From: Alphaproteobacteria bacterium
Lineage (GTDB): Bacteria; Pseudomonadota; Alphaproteobacteria; Rs-D84
Assembly: GCA_017436325.1 (NCBI GenBank)
Contig: JAFSDI010000002.1
Span: 35,457-99,456, forward strand
DNA: 64,000 nt
Direction: 5' to 3'
Below are positions 20,994-29,311 of this stretch, one piece after another; within the stretch, counting starts at the first letter, position 1; every line of letters begins with the position of its first letter. The translations under genes were made by a program, and so were the position numbers. A model generated the notes under the pieces. It ran no database searches. It worked only from the letters and a program-made list of their open reading frames with translations, and had not been told where the DNA came from.

Positions 20994-21482
20994 TTATCGT
21001 GCGACATATTTATTCAAATGTGAAAACACAGCCATATGACATTCTGACCAAACAAGTGTGCTGTCTAATGTTGGTTTTACTTTCTTTGATTCAAGGTTTA
21101 TAACAGCATTCTTGGTTGTTTCAGAAATATTTGCAGGTCCATAGTATGTTATATTATATAAAGCCTGCAGATAGTTATGTTTTTTGTCTGTAAAGCAAAT
21201 ATTATTATCGTCAAAAGATATTAAATATTTACCATTATTAACCCTAATAGAATAACTATTGTCAGATTTTTTATGTGAAATTTCATACAAGCGTCTTTTG
21301 TCTGGTGTTTGTGCATAGGTAATCGTTTCGTTTGTACCGCTTGTATATATATCAAAATCAGTCTGCAGATTATTTTGTTTTAATACTTTGACTAATTGTT
21401 GCAGCAACAAAATAGACAGGTTGTATTTTTCGCGTGCCAGTCTTTTTTCTATCTGAAGTTTAACTCTTTCTGGTACTATCAT
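20994..21482 (-). CDS. Hypothetical protein of 162 aa. It has its own terminator, and its promoter region carries the 47-bp operator-like repeat.
   Basis: The ORF is supported by a downstream hairpin with a T-tract (AACCATACA..TGTATGGTT). No motif was recognised. Confidence 0.4.
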   Translation of the reverse strand: MIVPERVKLQIEKRLAREKYNLSILLLQQLVKVLKQNNLQTDFDIYTSGTNETITYAQTPDKRRLYEISHKKSDNSYSIRVNNGKYLISFDDNNICFTDKKHNYLQALYNITYYGPANISETTKNAVINLESKKVKPTLDSTLVWSECHMAVFSHLNKYVAR

Positions 21483-21560
21483 GCTAAAATCCTTTTGTTA
21501 TCGACAACAAATAGTACACTAATAAAAATAATTGTCAACCTAGTATAGTTTTTTTGGTTA

Positions 21561-21608
21561 CCTATGCAAATTGTGCAGAAAACAAACATCAGATTTTCTG
21601 ATTTAATA
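21561..21608. promoter_or_regulatory. Operator-like repeat, copy 1 (CCTATGCAAATTGTGCAGAAAACAAACATCAGATTTTCTGATTTAATA), containing the palindrome ATCAGA-TTT-TCTGAT. It lies upstream of the 162-aa gene.
   Basis: It is 46 of 47 nt identical to 22509-22556. Confidence 0.55.
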
Positions 21609-21646
21609 TTGCAGACAAAACTATTTAAAAAGAAATCGTTGTAATT

Positions 21647-22249
21647 TTACTTTAGCAAAATATAAATTAAATCGGTTAAATCATCAACGTTACCATTTAT
21701 TGTATCGTTCATATATCTTTCATACACAGAATGGTTATCAATCGGATTTAAATTTAATTTATATCCTTTTTGTAATGCAAGTAACCTTATAAATTCACGC
21801 TGTGTTCGTCCGTTACCTTCGCGAAAAGGATGTAAAAAATTAATACTATCCAAAATAATTGCTAATTTTTCTGCAAGCTTTTTTTTATTTAGGTTTTGAA
21901 TGTTATTTAATTCGGATAGTAAACCGTCAATATACGCAAACGCTTCATTAAAAGAATGCATAGGTAAAAATTGTCGTCCACCTTTTGCGATTTCAACTTT
22001 TCGCACTTCGTCAGCCCAATCATATACATCTTGGAATAAAAATTTATGTATTTTTAATAAATCATAACCATATTTAATTTTAATTGGGTTCTTTAATAAC
22101 TGTTCGGACCGATTTGCAACACATAGTGATTCAAAAGCAACCAATTCTTTATAATCTTTGATATTTTGTTTATTTAATAAAACACCGGCATCTTTATCGG
22201 TATAAAGATATTCATGGTCTATATATTTATAATCACCATTAAATAGCAT
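21647..22249 (-). CDS. Fic/Doc-family toxin (AMPylator-type Fic domain).
   Basis: The Fic motif HPFREGNGRTQR is present. Confidence 0.85.
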   Translation of the reverse strand: MLFNGDYKYIDHEYLYTDKDAGVLLNKQNIKDYKELVAFESLCVANRSEQLLKNPIKIKYGYDLLKIHKFLFQDVYDWADEVRKVEIAKGGRQFLPMHSFNEAFAYIDGLLSELNNIQNLNKKKLAEKLAIILDSINFLHPFREGNGRTQREFIRLLALQKGYKLNLNPIDNHSVYERYMNDTINGNVDDLTDLIYILLK

Positions 22250-22457
22250 TATGGATACGTTTTGCTAAATCATTCTGATTGATTTTACCTAATCTGTAAT
22301 CTCTGTATACTTCTATTAATGCCTTGTTTGGTTTAAAGCCTTCATAAATTTGCGAAGCAAGAACAGATGCAACAGAATCTAAAGTGTCTAAATCTGGAAA
22401 TTTAACACCGTATATAGTTAATTCTCGTCTGTTAAAATCAATATTATTTAATGTCAT
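22239..22457 (-). CDS. VbhA/FicA-like antitoxin carrying the inhibitory S-x-x-x-E-G motif.
   Basis: 72 aa, overlapping the Fic start by 11 nt. SQIYEG matches the [S/T]xxxE[G/N] motif that inhibits Fic. Confidence 0.65.
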   Translation of the reverse strand: MTLNNIDFNRRELTIYGVKFPDLDTLDSVASVLASQIYEGFKPNKALIEVYRDYRLGKINQNDLAKRIHNAI

Positions 22458-22508
22458 GCTGTTATTTTAAATTAAAAAAGAGCAATTTTCAAGTTGTAGT
22501 AAAATGTA

Positions 22509-22556
22509 CCTACGCAAATTGTGCAGAAAACAAACATCAGATTTTCTGATTTAATA
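22509..22556. promoter_or_regulatory. Operator-like repeat, copy 2, in the antitoxin-Fic promoter region.
   Basis: It is near-identical to 21561-21608 and contains the same palindrome. Confidence 0.55.
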
Positions 22557-22661
22557 CAACGGTTAAAGAGTTTAAAGATAAATGTCTAATTTCACCTGTG
22601 GGTGAAAATTGAATATTTGTTGAATTTATGATATTATTTTATAGAAAACAAAGGTTCTAAG

Positions 22662-23573
22662 ATGAGAACATCTTTACAAGATAAAGTTAAAACATTTATT
22701 GCATTAAAACTTCAGAGGAAACGAAATTTTTTAAAGAAATCTAATCAGTACAGATGGAATTCTCCTGTTTATTTGTTTACTAATGAAAATATTCATGATT
22801 ATTTAATACAACTTGATAATTTAAAGAATAAAAAGATTTTATGCGTTGCTGGCGGTGGTGACCATGTATTTGAATCTATTCTGGCGGGTTCGAAATATAT
22901 TGATTGTTTCGATATAAATTATTTGCAAAAACATATAATTGAATTGAAATCAAAAATGATAATTGCCTTACCGTATAATGAATTTATGGCTTTTTTCTTT
23001 GATAAAAAAGAATTTATGAATAAAAAGATTATCGCTCCTATTTTTCACACTTTTTCATCAGGCTTGCAACAATTTCTAAACATGTATTACAAAAGCAATA
23101 ACTTAGATTATTTTGAATACCGTGGCCCAACAATACCAAGATACGATATAAAAAAAATTTCATATATAAGAAATGTACGACAATATAATAAATTGAAAAA
23201 ATTGTTGCCAACCACACAAATCAATTTTATTAATTCTAATTGCAAAAACATAATAAATAAAACAAACCAAACATACGATGTAGTGCTGTTATCAAATATA
23301 TTTGACACTCGTTTTACGCGAAATAATATTAAATATAAACTATTTGATTTTTATAATAAATTTGTTCAACCGATATTTATACAATGTTTGAATCCTAATG
23401 GCAAAATTTGTTTTGCCTATATTTACGATGACAAACTGTATAATTCTTGTCTGAAACAGTCTATTAAAAATCTAATTTTACAAAAAAACACAAAAATATC
23501 TTCCATCATAATAGACAGTATAAATAAGGGGAACGATTCAAACATAGTTCTTTATTGTAAAAAGAAGCTTTAG
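22662..23573 (+). CDS. Hypothetical protein with a class I methyltransferase-like fold (possibly DUF3419/BtaA-like).
   Basis: ILCVAGGGDHVFE resembles a glycine-rich SAM loop and YDVVLLSNIFD a motif-II-like region. The sequence is very AT-rich. The assignment is weak. Confidence 0.35.
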   Translation: MRTSLQDKVKTFIALKLQRKRNFLKKSNQYRWNSPVYLFTNENIHDYLIQLDNLKNKKILCVAGGGDHVFESILAGSKYIDCFDINYLQKHIIELKSKMIIALPYNEFMAFFFDKKEFMNKKIIAPIFHTFSSGLQQFLNMYYKSNNLDYFEYRGPTIPRYDIKKISYIRNVRQYNKLKKLLPTTQINFINSNCKNIINKTNQTYDVVLLSNIFDTRFTRNNIKYKLFDFYNKFVQPIFIQCLNPNGKICFAYIYDDKLYNSCLKQSIKNLILQKNTKISSIIIDSINKGNDSNIVLYCKKKL

Positions 23574-23587
23574 AATCGGCAATCTCT

Positions 23588-23716
23588 GTTCGAAATTTGG
23601 TAAAAAATTGATGTTTTTTGAATATAACATTTTCGAACCACCAAAACGATATAAAAACCAAAGAAAAACCGCGCTTTGAAAGTGCGGTGTATCTCTTGGT
23701 GGGAATCAGCTTGCAT
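23588..23716. repeat. Island repeat A, an att-like scar. It contains the hairpin ACCGCGC..GTGCGGT and a degraded tRNA-Tyr 3'-end-like segment.
   Basis: It is about 80% identical to 24324-24452. Confidence 0.55.
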
Positions 23717-23808
23717 TAATCGAGCAGAAAATAGGTAAAAATATTGAAACTAACAATAAACTATGATAAAATACAACTAAGAATTGAAATAGACCAAGGA
23801 GCAATAAC

Positions 23809-24228
23809 ATGAGTTCTATAAAAGACAATAATTCCAAAGCGAACTATATTCGTTTGGCTACCCTTTTGTTAAACTATGAAAATGTATATGTAGATGTAAT
23901 ATGGACTAATAAAAAAGGTTCTTATGTTCCGCCTATCTATGCTTCTCATTTAATGTTGGATGAGAAAGCTGATTATACTGTTTACGAAGATGCTGGTAAA
24001 AAGAAAAAAATTTTTACATTTAATTTTATTCCTAGCAAAAAATCTACAATTACGTTGAATAATGGTGAGTCTTTGCAATTAAATATGGCTAAAAGTGCGA
24101 TGTTTGCAAGAAAACTTCTTAAAATACGTGAGTCCGATCTTGGGCGCGTGGAAGATGATTTTAAGAGAGAAATGGCAAGCAATATGCGATTGGCTTTGCA
24201 GTCGGTAAAAGAGGTATTACTTACGTGA
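23809..24228 (+). CDS. Hypothetical protein of 139 aa, carried as cargo between repeats A and B.
   Basis: It is an ORF with an AGGAG-like ribosome-binding site (caaggagc). No motif was recognised. Confidence 0.4.
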   Translation: MSSIKDNNSKANYIRLATLLLNYENVYVDVIWTNKKGSYVPPIYASHLMLDEKADYTVYEDAGKKKKIFTFNFIPSKKSTITLNNGESLQLNMAKSAMFARKLLKIRESDLGRVEDDFKREMASNMRLALQSVKEVLLT

Positions 24229-24323
24229 TAAAGATTGTAAAGAATCATAAAATTGCCACGATAGTGGCGATTTTTTATCTCTACCCGTAAGTTTAAGCAA
24301 TAAAACTATTAGAGTTTATAGTC

Positions 24324-24452
24324 GTTCGAAGATTGATAAAAATTAGTGTTTTTTTGGATATGCCTTCTTCGAACCACCCAAATAATATAAAAACCAAACA
24401 AAAACCGCACCTTTATGGTGCGGTGTATCTTTTGGTGGGGGTGGCTGATTCC
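24324..24452. repeat. Island repeat B, an att-like scar. It ends in TGGTGGGGGTGGCTGATTCCC, which resembles the tRNA-Tyr 3' end.
   Basis: It is a tandem copy of repeat A and lies proximal to tRNA-Tyr. Confidence 0.55.
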
Positions 24453-24617
24453 CTCGGACAAATGTCCTGCGGGGCATTCGTTAGCACTCGAACTGCGCAC
24501 TGCTTGTTCTCGCTTACTCATTGTCGAACCTGCAATCTTTCGATTGCGTGTTTCAAATCCATAAAACACAACACACCAAAAATAAATGGCCGCCTTTCAG
24601 CGACCATTTATTTTTAG

Positions 24618-24704
24618 TGGTGGGAGTGGCTGGATTCGAACCAGCTCAGGCTTAAGCCAACAGATTTACAGTCTGCCCCGGCTCTCCAACTCCGGCGCAC
24701 GCCC
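24618..24704 (-). tRNA. tRNA-Tyr (GUA), type II with a long variable arm, CCA-encoded.
   Basis: Manual folding gives a D-arm CCGG/CCGG, the anticodon loop CUGUAAA and a T-arm GCUGG-UUCGAAU-CCAGC. There is one acceptor mismatch (4:69) and C at position 8, so the gene is slightly atypical. Confidence 0.7.
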
Positions 24705-24705
24705 A

Positions 24706-24728
24706 ATCCTTGGTGCGAGCAGCGGGAA
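24706..24728 (-). repeat. 23-nt duplicate of the tRNA-Gly(UCC) 3' end, including CCA. It directly abuts the tRNA-Tyr 5' end and looks like an att footprint.
   Basis: The string ATCCTTGGTGCGAGCAGCGGGAA is identical at 24820-24842. Confidence 0.6.
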
Positions 24729-24824
24729 ACCGAATGAATAAGAACACAATGAGTTGCGTTATTAGCAACGAATTGATGTTCGCGTCATGAGATTACCCAA
24801 CTCACCTGCTCAACACCTTATCCT

Positions 24825-24899
24825 TGGTGCGAGCAGCGGGAATCGAACCCGCATTTCAAGCTTGGAAGGCTTGCATACTAGCCTTTGTACTATGCTCGC
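24825..24899 (-). tRNA. tRNA-Gly (UCC).
   Basis: The acceptor is GCGAGCA/UGCUCGC, the anticodon loop CUUCCAA and the T-arm GCGGG-UUCGAUU-CCCGC, with CCA encoded. Confidence 0.85.
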
Positions 24900-25039
24900 A
24901 ACAAAATCAAAGCCTTATGATTATATACAAAAGAAAATCAAAATCAAGAATAAAGTAAAAAAAATATGTACTTTATTTGATAAAAAAACAATGTTATAAA
25001 ATTAGCATAAAAAGACCGGCGTTTTTTGCCGGTGATTTT

Positions 25040-26134
<1,095 letters not shown>

Positions 26135-26211
26135 TCACAGTTTGTAAAAAATCAAGGAAACACAACAAAAAATATTTGATTTATTTTTTTTTATGGTAAT
26201 ATAAATCCGCT

Positions 26212-26625
26212 ATGAAAAGAGATACAATAAAAAAACACGAAGATTTTGCGACTGCGATGAATGATCCATCTGCACGTTCTGCCTATTTTCTGATACGGGC
26301 AAAGAAGGCTAAGTATGAAAATGATCCACGTTATGGTATATCGGTGACAAAGCGCAGTTTTAAACACGCAGTAGACAGGAATCGTGCGAAAAGAATGTTG
26401 CGTGATTGGATTGCATTCAACGAAGATTTGTTGCGTCCAGAATGGGATTATATTTTCATTGTTCGCAAGGATATTTTTTGTGCAGATTGCTATACTGGGC
26501 GTGGCGCAATGAGAAAAGCATTGCGATATATGCAGAAATTACCGCTTGAACCATCATCTGAATGTGGTGTTGTGCAATCACAAAACAAAGAATCTTTACC
26601 AGAAATTGAAGAAACACAAGAATAA
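26212..26625 (+). CDS. rnpA: Ribonuclease P protein component.
   Basis: The basic RnpA core ...[10 protein letters not shown]... is present and the gene lies upstream of yidD. No rpmH precedes it. Confidence 0.7.
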   Translation: MKRDTIKKHEDFATAMNDPSARSAYFLIRAKKAKYENDPRYGISVTKRSFKHAVDRNRAKRMLRDWIAFNEDLLRPEWDYIFIVRKDIFCADCYTGRGAMRKALRYMQKLPLEPSSECGVVQSQNKESLPEIEETQE

Positions 26626-26650
26626 TTTTTTTGTTAATATTGCCTGTGCG

Positions 26651-26845
26651 ATGGTACGTATGTATCAGTTTATTATATCACCAATAATTGGTGGTCGCGC
26701 TGTGTGTCGTTTTGTCCCAACGTGCAGCGAATATACCCGTCTTGCATTAGAAAAATATGGCATATTGCGTGGTATATGGCTTGGAATAAAAAGAATCAGT
26801 CGTTGCAGACCTGGTGGTGGTTATGGTTACGACCCTGTTCCTTGA
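26651..26845 (+). CDS. yidD: Membrane protein insertion efficiency factor YidD.
   Basis: [28 protein letters not shown]. Confidence 0.85.
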   Translation: MVRMYQFIISPIIGGRAVCRFVPTCSEYTRLALEKYGILRGIWLGIKRISRCRPGGGYGYDPVP

Positions 26846-26909
26846 CAACGCGCTATAATATGGTACAATTTTAAACTATGCTAGGCAATAAATATAAAAA
26901 GGATAACAA

Positions 26910-27347
26910 ATGTCTTTTCGTGCAACCGTTGAATCTATGTCAAAAATCATGGACGATATGGGTATAACAGAACTTGATTTAGAGCGACAATTTTTATTCG
27001 GTGTATATCGCAAACATATCCATTTATCGAAACAAAAAACAGTTGCGGTATCGGGTGCGACCGCCACAGATATCAAGACGGTCAAAACAGACGCAACAAC
27101 AAATCCTGTTACAGGATATACATTAAAATCACCAATGGTCGGTGTTGTTTATTTGGCGCCGGAACCTGGGGCAGAAACATTTGTAAAGGTTGGTACCGCT
27201 GTCAAGGTTGGTGATACTGTTGCATTGGTCGAAGCGATGAAAACCTTTAATCCGATTAAATCTGATAAAGACGGCATTGTCAAAGAAGTATTGGTTACTG
27301 ATGGGGCTGCTGTTGAATTTGACCAACCTTTAATTGTTATTGAATAA
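26910..27347 (+). CDS. accB: Biotin carboxyl carrier protein.
   Basis: The biotinyl domain is present (EAMKTFNPI). Confidence 0.85.
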   Translation: MSFRATVESMSKIMDDMGITELDLERQFLFGVYRKHIHLSKQKTVAVSGATATDIKTVKTDATTNPVTGYTLKSPMVGVVYLAPEPGAETFVKVGTAVKVGDTVALVEAMKTFNPIKSDKDGIVKEVLVTDGAAVEFDQPLIVIE

Positions 27348-27357
27348 TATTAGAAAT

Positions 27358-28704
27358 ATGTCACAAATAAAAAAAGTTTTAATTGCAAATCGCGGTGAAA
27401 TTGCGCTGCGTATAATTCGTGCGTGTCGCGATATGGGTATACGAACTGTTGCGGTGTATTCGACTGCAGACAAGGATGCGATGCATGTACAACTTGCGGA
27501 TGAGTCTGTATGTATTGGGCCTGCGCCGGCGCGTGATTCTTATTTAAATGAATCTGCGATTATAACTGCGGCATTATTGACCAATTCTGATGCGATTCAC
27601 CCAGGGTATGGATTTTTGTCAGAACGTGCAGACTTTGCGAACAAGGTTGAACAGCATGGTATGATATGGGTTGGGCCTGCACCAGAAATGATTACAAAAA
27701 TGGGTGACAAGGTTAACGCAAAAAAAACCGCAATAGAGTGTGGATTACCAGTTGTCCCAGGGTCTGATGGCGCAATAGAAACGTTGGAATCTGCGCTTGA
27801 TTGGGCTGAAAGGATTGGATATCCTGTTATGCTAAAGGCTGCGGCTGGTGGCGGTGGACGCGGTATGCGCGCAGTGATGAACAAAGACAATATGGCAGAG
27901 GCTTTTAATCTGACCAAGAATGAGGCAAAATCTGCATTTGGTAATGATACCTTATATATGGAAAAATTATTGACACATCCACGTCATATTGAATTTCAGG
28001 TATTGGGTGATAAGCATGGCAACGTTGTTATTTTTGGTGAACGTGATTGTTCATTGCAACGCCGTAATCAAAAAGTTATGGAAGAATGCCCTGCGGCAAT
28101 TCTGACACAAAAACAACGCGATGATATGATAGAGGTTTGTAAGTCTGCGGCTAAGAAAATGGGTTATACGAATGCTGGGACTTTTGAATTTATGTTCCAA
28201 GACGGCAAGTTTTATTTTTTAGAGATGAACACCCGTCTGCAGGTTGAACATCCTGTGACAGAAATGGTTTATGGTATTGATTTGGTTCGCGAACAAATTC
28301 GTATTGCTGCGGGCGAAAAGCTGGGGTATACCCAGTCAAATGTTATTCCAAACGGTCACGCAATAGAATTTCGTATTAATGCAGAAGATTCGGAAACATT
28401 TATGCCAAATCCTGGGACAATCAGCTTGTATGCGCCATCTGGTGGGCTGGGGGTACGTGTAGATAGTGCTGTTTACACAGGTTACACTATACCGCCAACG
28501 TATGATTCTATGATTGCAAAGTTAATTGTTCATGCACAAAATAGACCTGCTTGTATTATGCGTGCAGCGCGTGCATTGGATGAATTTGTTATCGAAGGTG
28601 TCAAGACAACAATCCCACTGCAGCAAAAATTGTTAAAAAATAAAGATGTTAAGCAGTTGAACTTTGATAACAAGTGGCTAGAAGGTTTTTTAAAGAAAGA
28701 ATAA
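27358..28704 (+). CDS. accC: Biotin carboxylase.
   Basis: ATP-grasp fold. KKVLIANRGEIALRIIRA. Confidence 0.93.
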   Translation: MSQIKKVLIANRGEIALRIIRACRDMGIRTVAVYSTADKDAMHVQLADESVCIGPAPARDSYLNESAIITAALLTNSDAIHPGYGFLSERADFANKVEQHGMIWVGPAPEMITKMGDKVNAKKTAIECGLPVVPGSDGAIETLESALDWAERIGYPVMLKAAAGGGGRGMRAVMNKDNMAEAFNLTKNEAKSAFGNDTLYMEKLLTHPRHIEFQVLGDKHGNVVIFGERDCSLQRRNQKVMEECPAAILTQKQRDDMIEVCKSAAKKMGYTNAGTFEFMFQDGKFYFLEMNTRLQVEHPVTEMVYGIDLVREQIRIAAGEKLGYTQSNVIPNGHAIEFRINAEDSETFMPNPGTISLYAPSGGLGVRVDSAVYTGYTIPPTYDSMIAKLIVHAQNRPACIMRAARALDEFVIEGVKTTIPLQQKLLKNKDVKQLNFDNKWLEGFLKKE

Positions 28705-28731
28705 AGAAAGTCCGGTATTTACCGGATTTTT

Positions 28732-28917
28732 TTAAATAAAACTTATTGGATGTTTTGATGCTGATATAAACATTATTAATTGATATGTATTTGGTTTTAT
28801 CGAATGTGAACACATATAATTATATTCTGATTCAGAAATGTTCATAGAATTACAAACATCAATTATACTAAGGCCACATTTTTTACGTATATATTCTAAT
28901 TCTTGACCAATTGACAT
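28732..28917 (-). CDS. Small XRE-family helix-turn-helix protein of 61 aa.
   Basis: LEYIRKKCGLSIIDVCNSMNISESEYN fits the HTH_XRE pattern. Confidence 0.4.
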   Translation of the reverse strand: MSIGQELEYIRKKCGLSIIDVCNSMNISESEYNYMCSHSIKPNTYQLIMFISASKHPISFI

Positions 28918-28954
28918 AGCGGTAACCTCTTGTTTGTTTTATATAAAAACCACC

Positions 28955-29115
28955 GCAAAACAGGGTGGTTGGAGGTTAGAACTTTGCACAACAGTATGCT
29001 CAGCGGTTATTCAATATATTTACCGCCCTCCAACCATTTGTTGGAGCGATTAACGTCTGCGCAGACGGCTATCGCGAGAGTTCTAATCTCGCATAATGGG
29101 TTCCCCATTACAATC
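28955..29115 (+). ncRNA. Candidate structured RNA or leader. It contains several hairpins with competing stems: GGTTGGAGG, CCTCCAACC and GTTGGAG.
   Basis: It has the perfect palindrome CGTCTGCGCAGACG, the stem GCGAGAG..TCTCGC and the stem AATGGG-TTC-CCCATT. It contains no convincing coding sequence. Confidence 0.3.
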
Positions 29116-29143
29116 GGTATTATATCCCATAACAAATATTATT

Positions 29144-29170
29144 TGCAATTATTATTTTCTTTGTTATAAT
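29144..29170 (+). promoter_or_regulatory. Putative sigma70 promoter for tRNA-Val (TTGCAA, 15 nt spacer, TATAAT).
   Basis: A -35/-10-like pair lies about 23 nt upstream of the mature tRNA 5' end. Confidence 0.3.
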
Positions 29171-29192
29171 GTGCGCAGTTTTGAATAGTTTT

Positions 29193-29269
29193 GGGTGGTT
29201 AGCTCAGTTGGTTAGAGCGTTACGTTGACATCGTAAAGGTCGTTGGTTCGAGTCCAATACCACCCACCA
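29193..29269 (+). tRNA. tRNA-Val (GAC).
   Basis: The acceptor is GGGUGGU/ACCACCC, the anticodon loop UUGACAU, with CCA encoded. Confidence 0.88.
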
Positions 29270-29278
29270 CGAATAAAA

Positions 29279-29305
29279 AAACACCGGTTTTTATCCGGTG
29301 TTATT
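29279..29305. terminator. Bidirectional hairpin terminator (ACACCGGTTTTTATCCGGTGT).
   Basis: It lies between tRNA-Val and the hlyD-like gene. Confidence 0.6.
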
Positions 29306-29311
29306 CTTTAT

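Noticed and set aside
24309-24617. Two overlapping ORFs of 86 and 94 aa next to tRNA-Tyr.
   Set aside because: They lie inside island repeat B and the tRNA-Tyr terminator region and are repeat-derived. They carry no coding signal.
20317-24704. Integrase, transposase or IS element in the island.
   Set aside because: No ORF in or near the island shows tyrosine- or serine-recombinase or DDE motifs. Only att-like scars remain.
28955-29115. tmRNA (including the permuted form), 6S RNA, SRP RNA or RNase P RNA as the identity of the structured region.
   Set aside because: There is no tRNA-like acceptor or T-arm end, no tag-peptide reading frame ending in ...AA*, and none of the conserved cores (GGAAAGUCCGG for RNase P, GGUCCGGAAGGAAGCAGC for SRP) is present.
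28930-29169. A 79-aa ORF on the plus strand upstream of tRNA-Val.
   Set aside because: It lies entirely within a highly structured non-coding region and reads through the putative tRNA promoter. It has no ribosome-binding site and a low-complexity translation.
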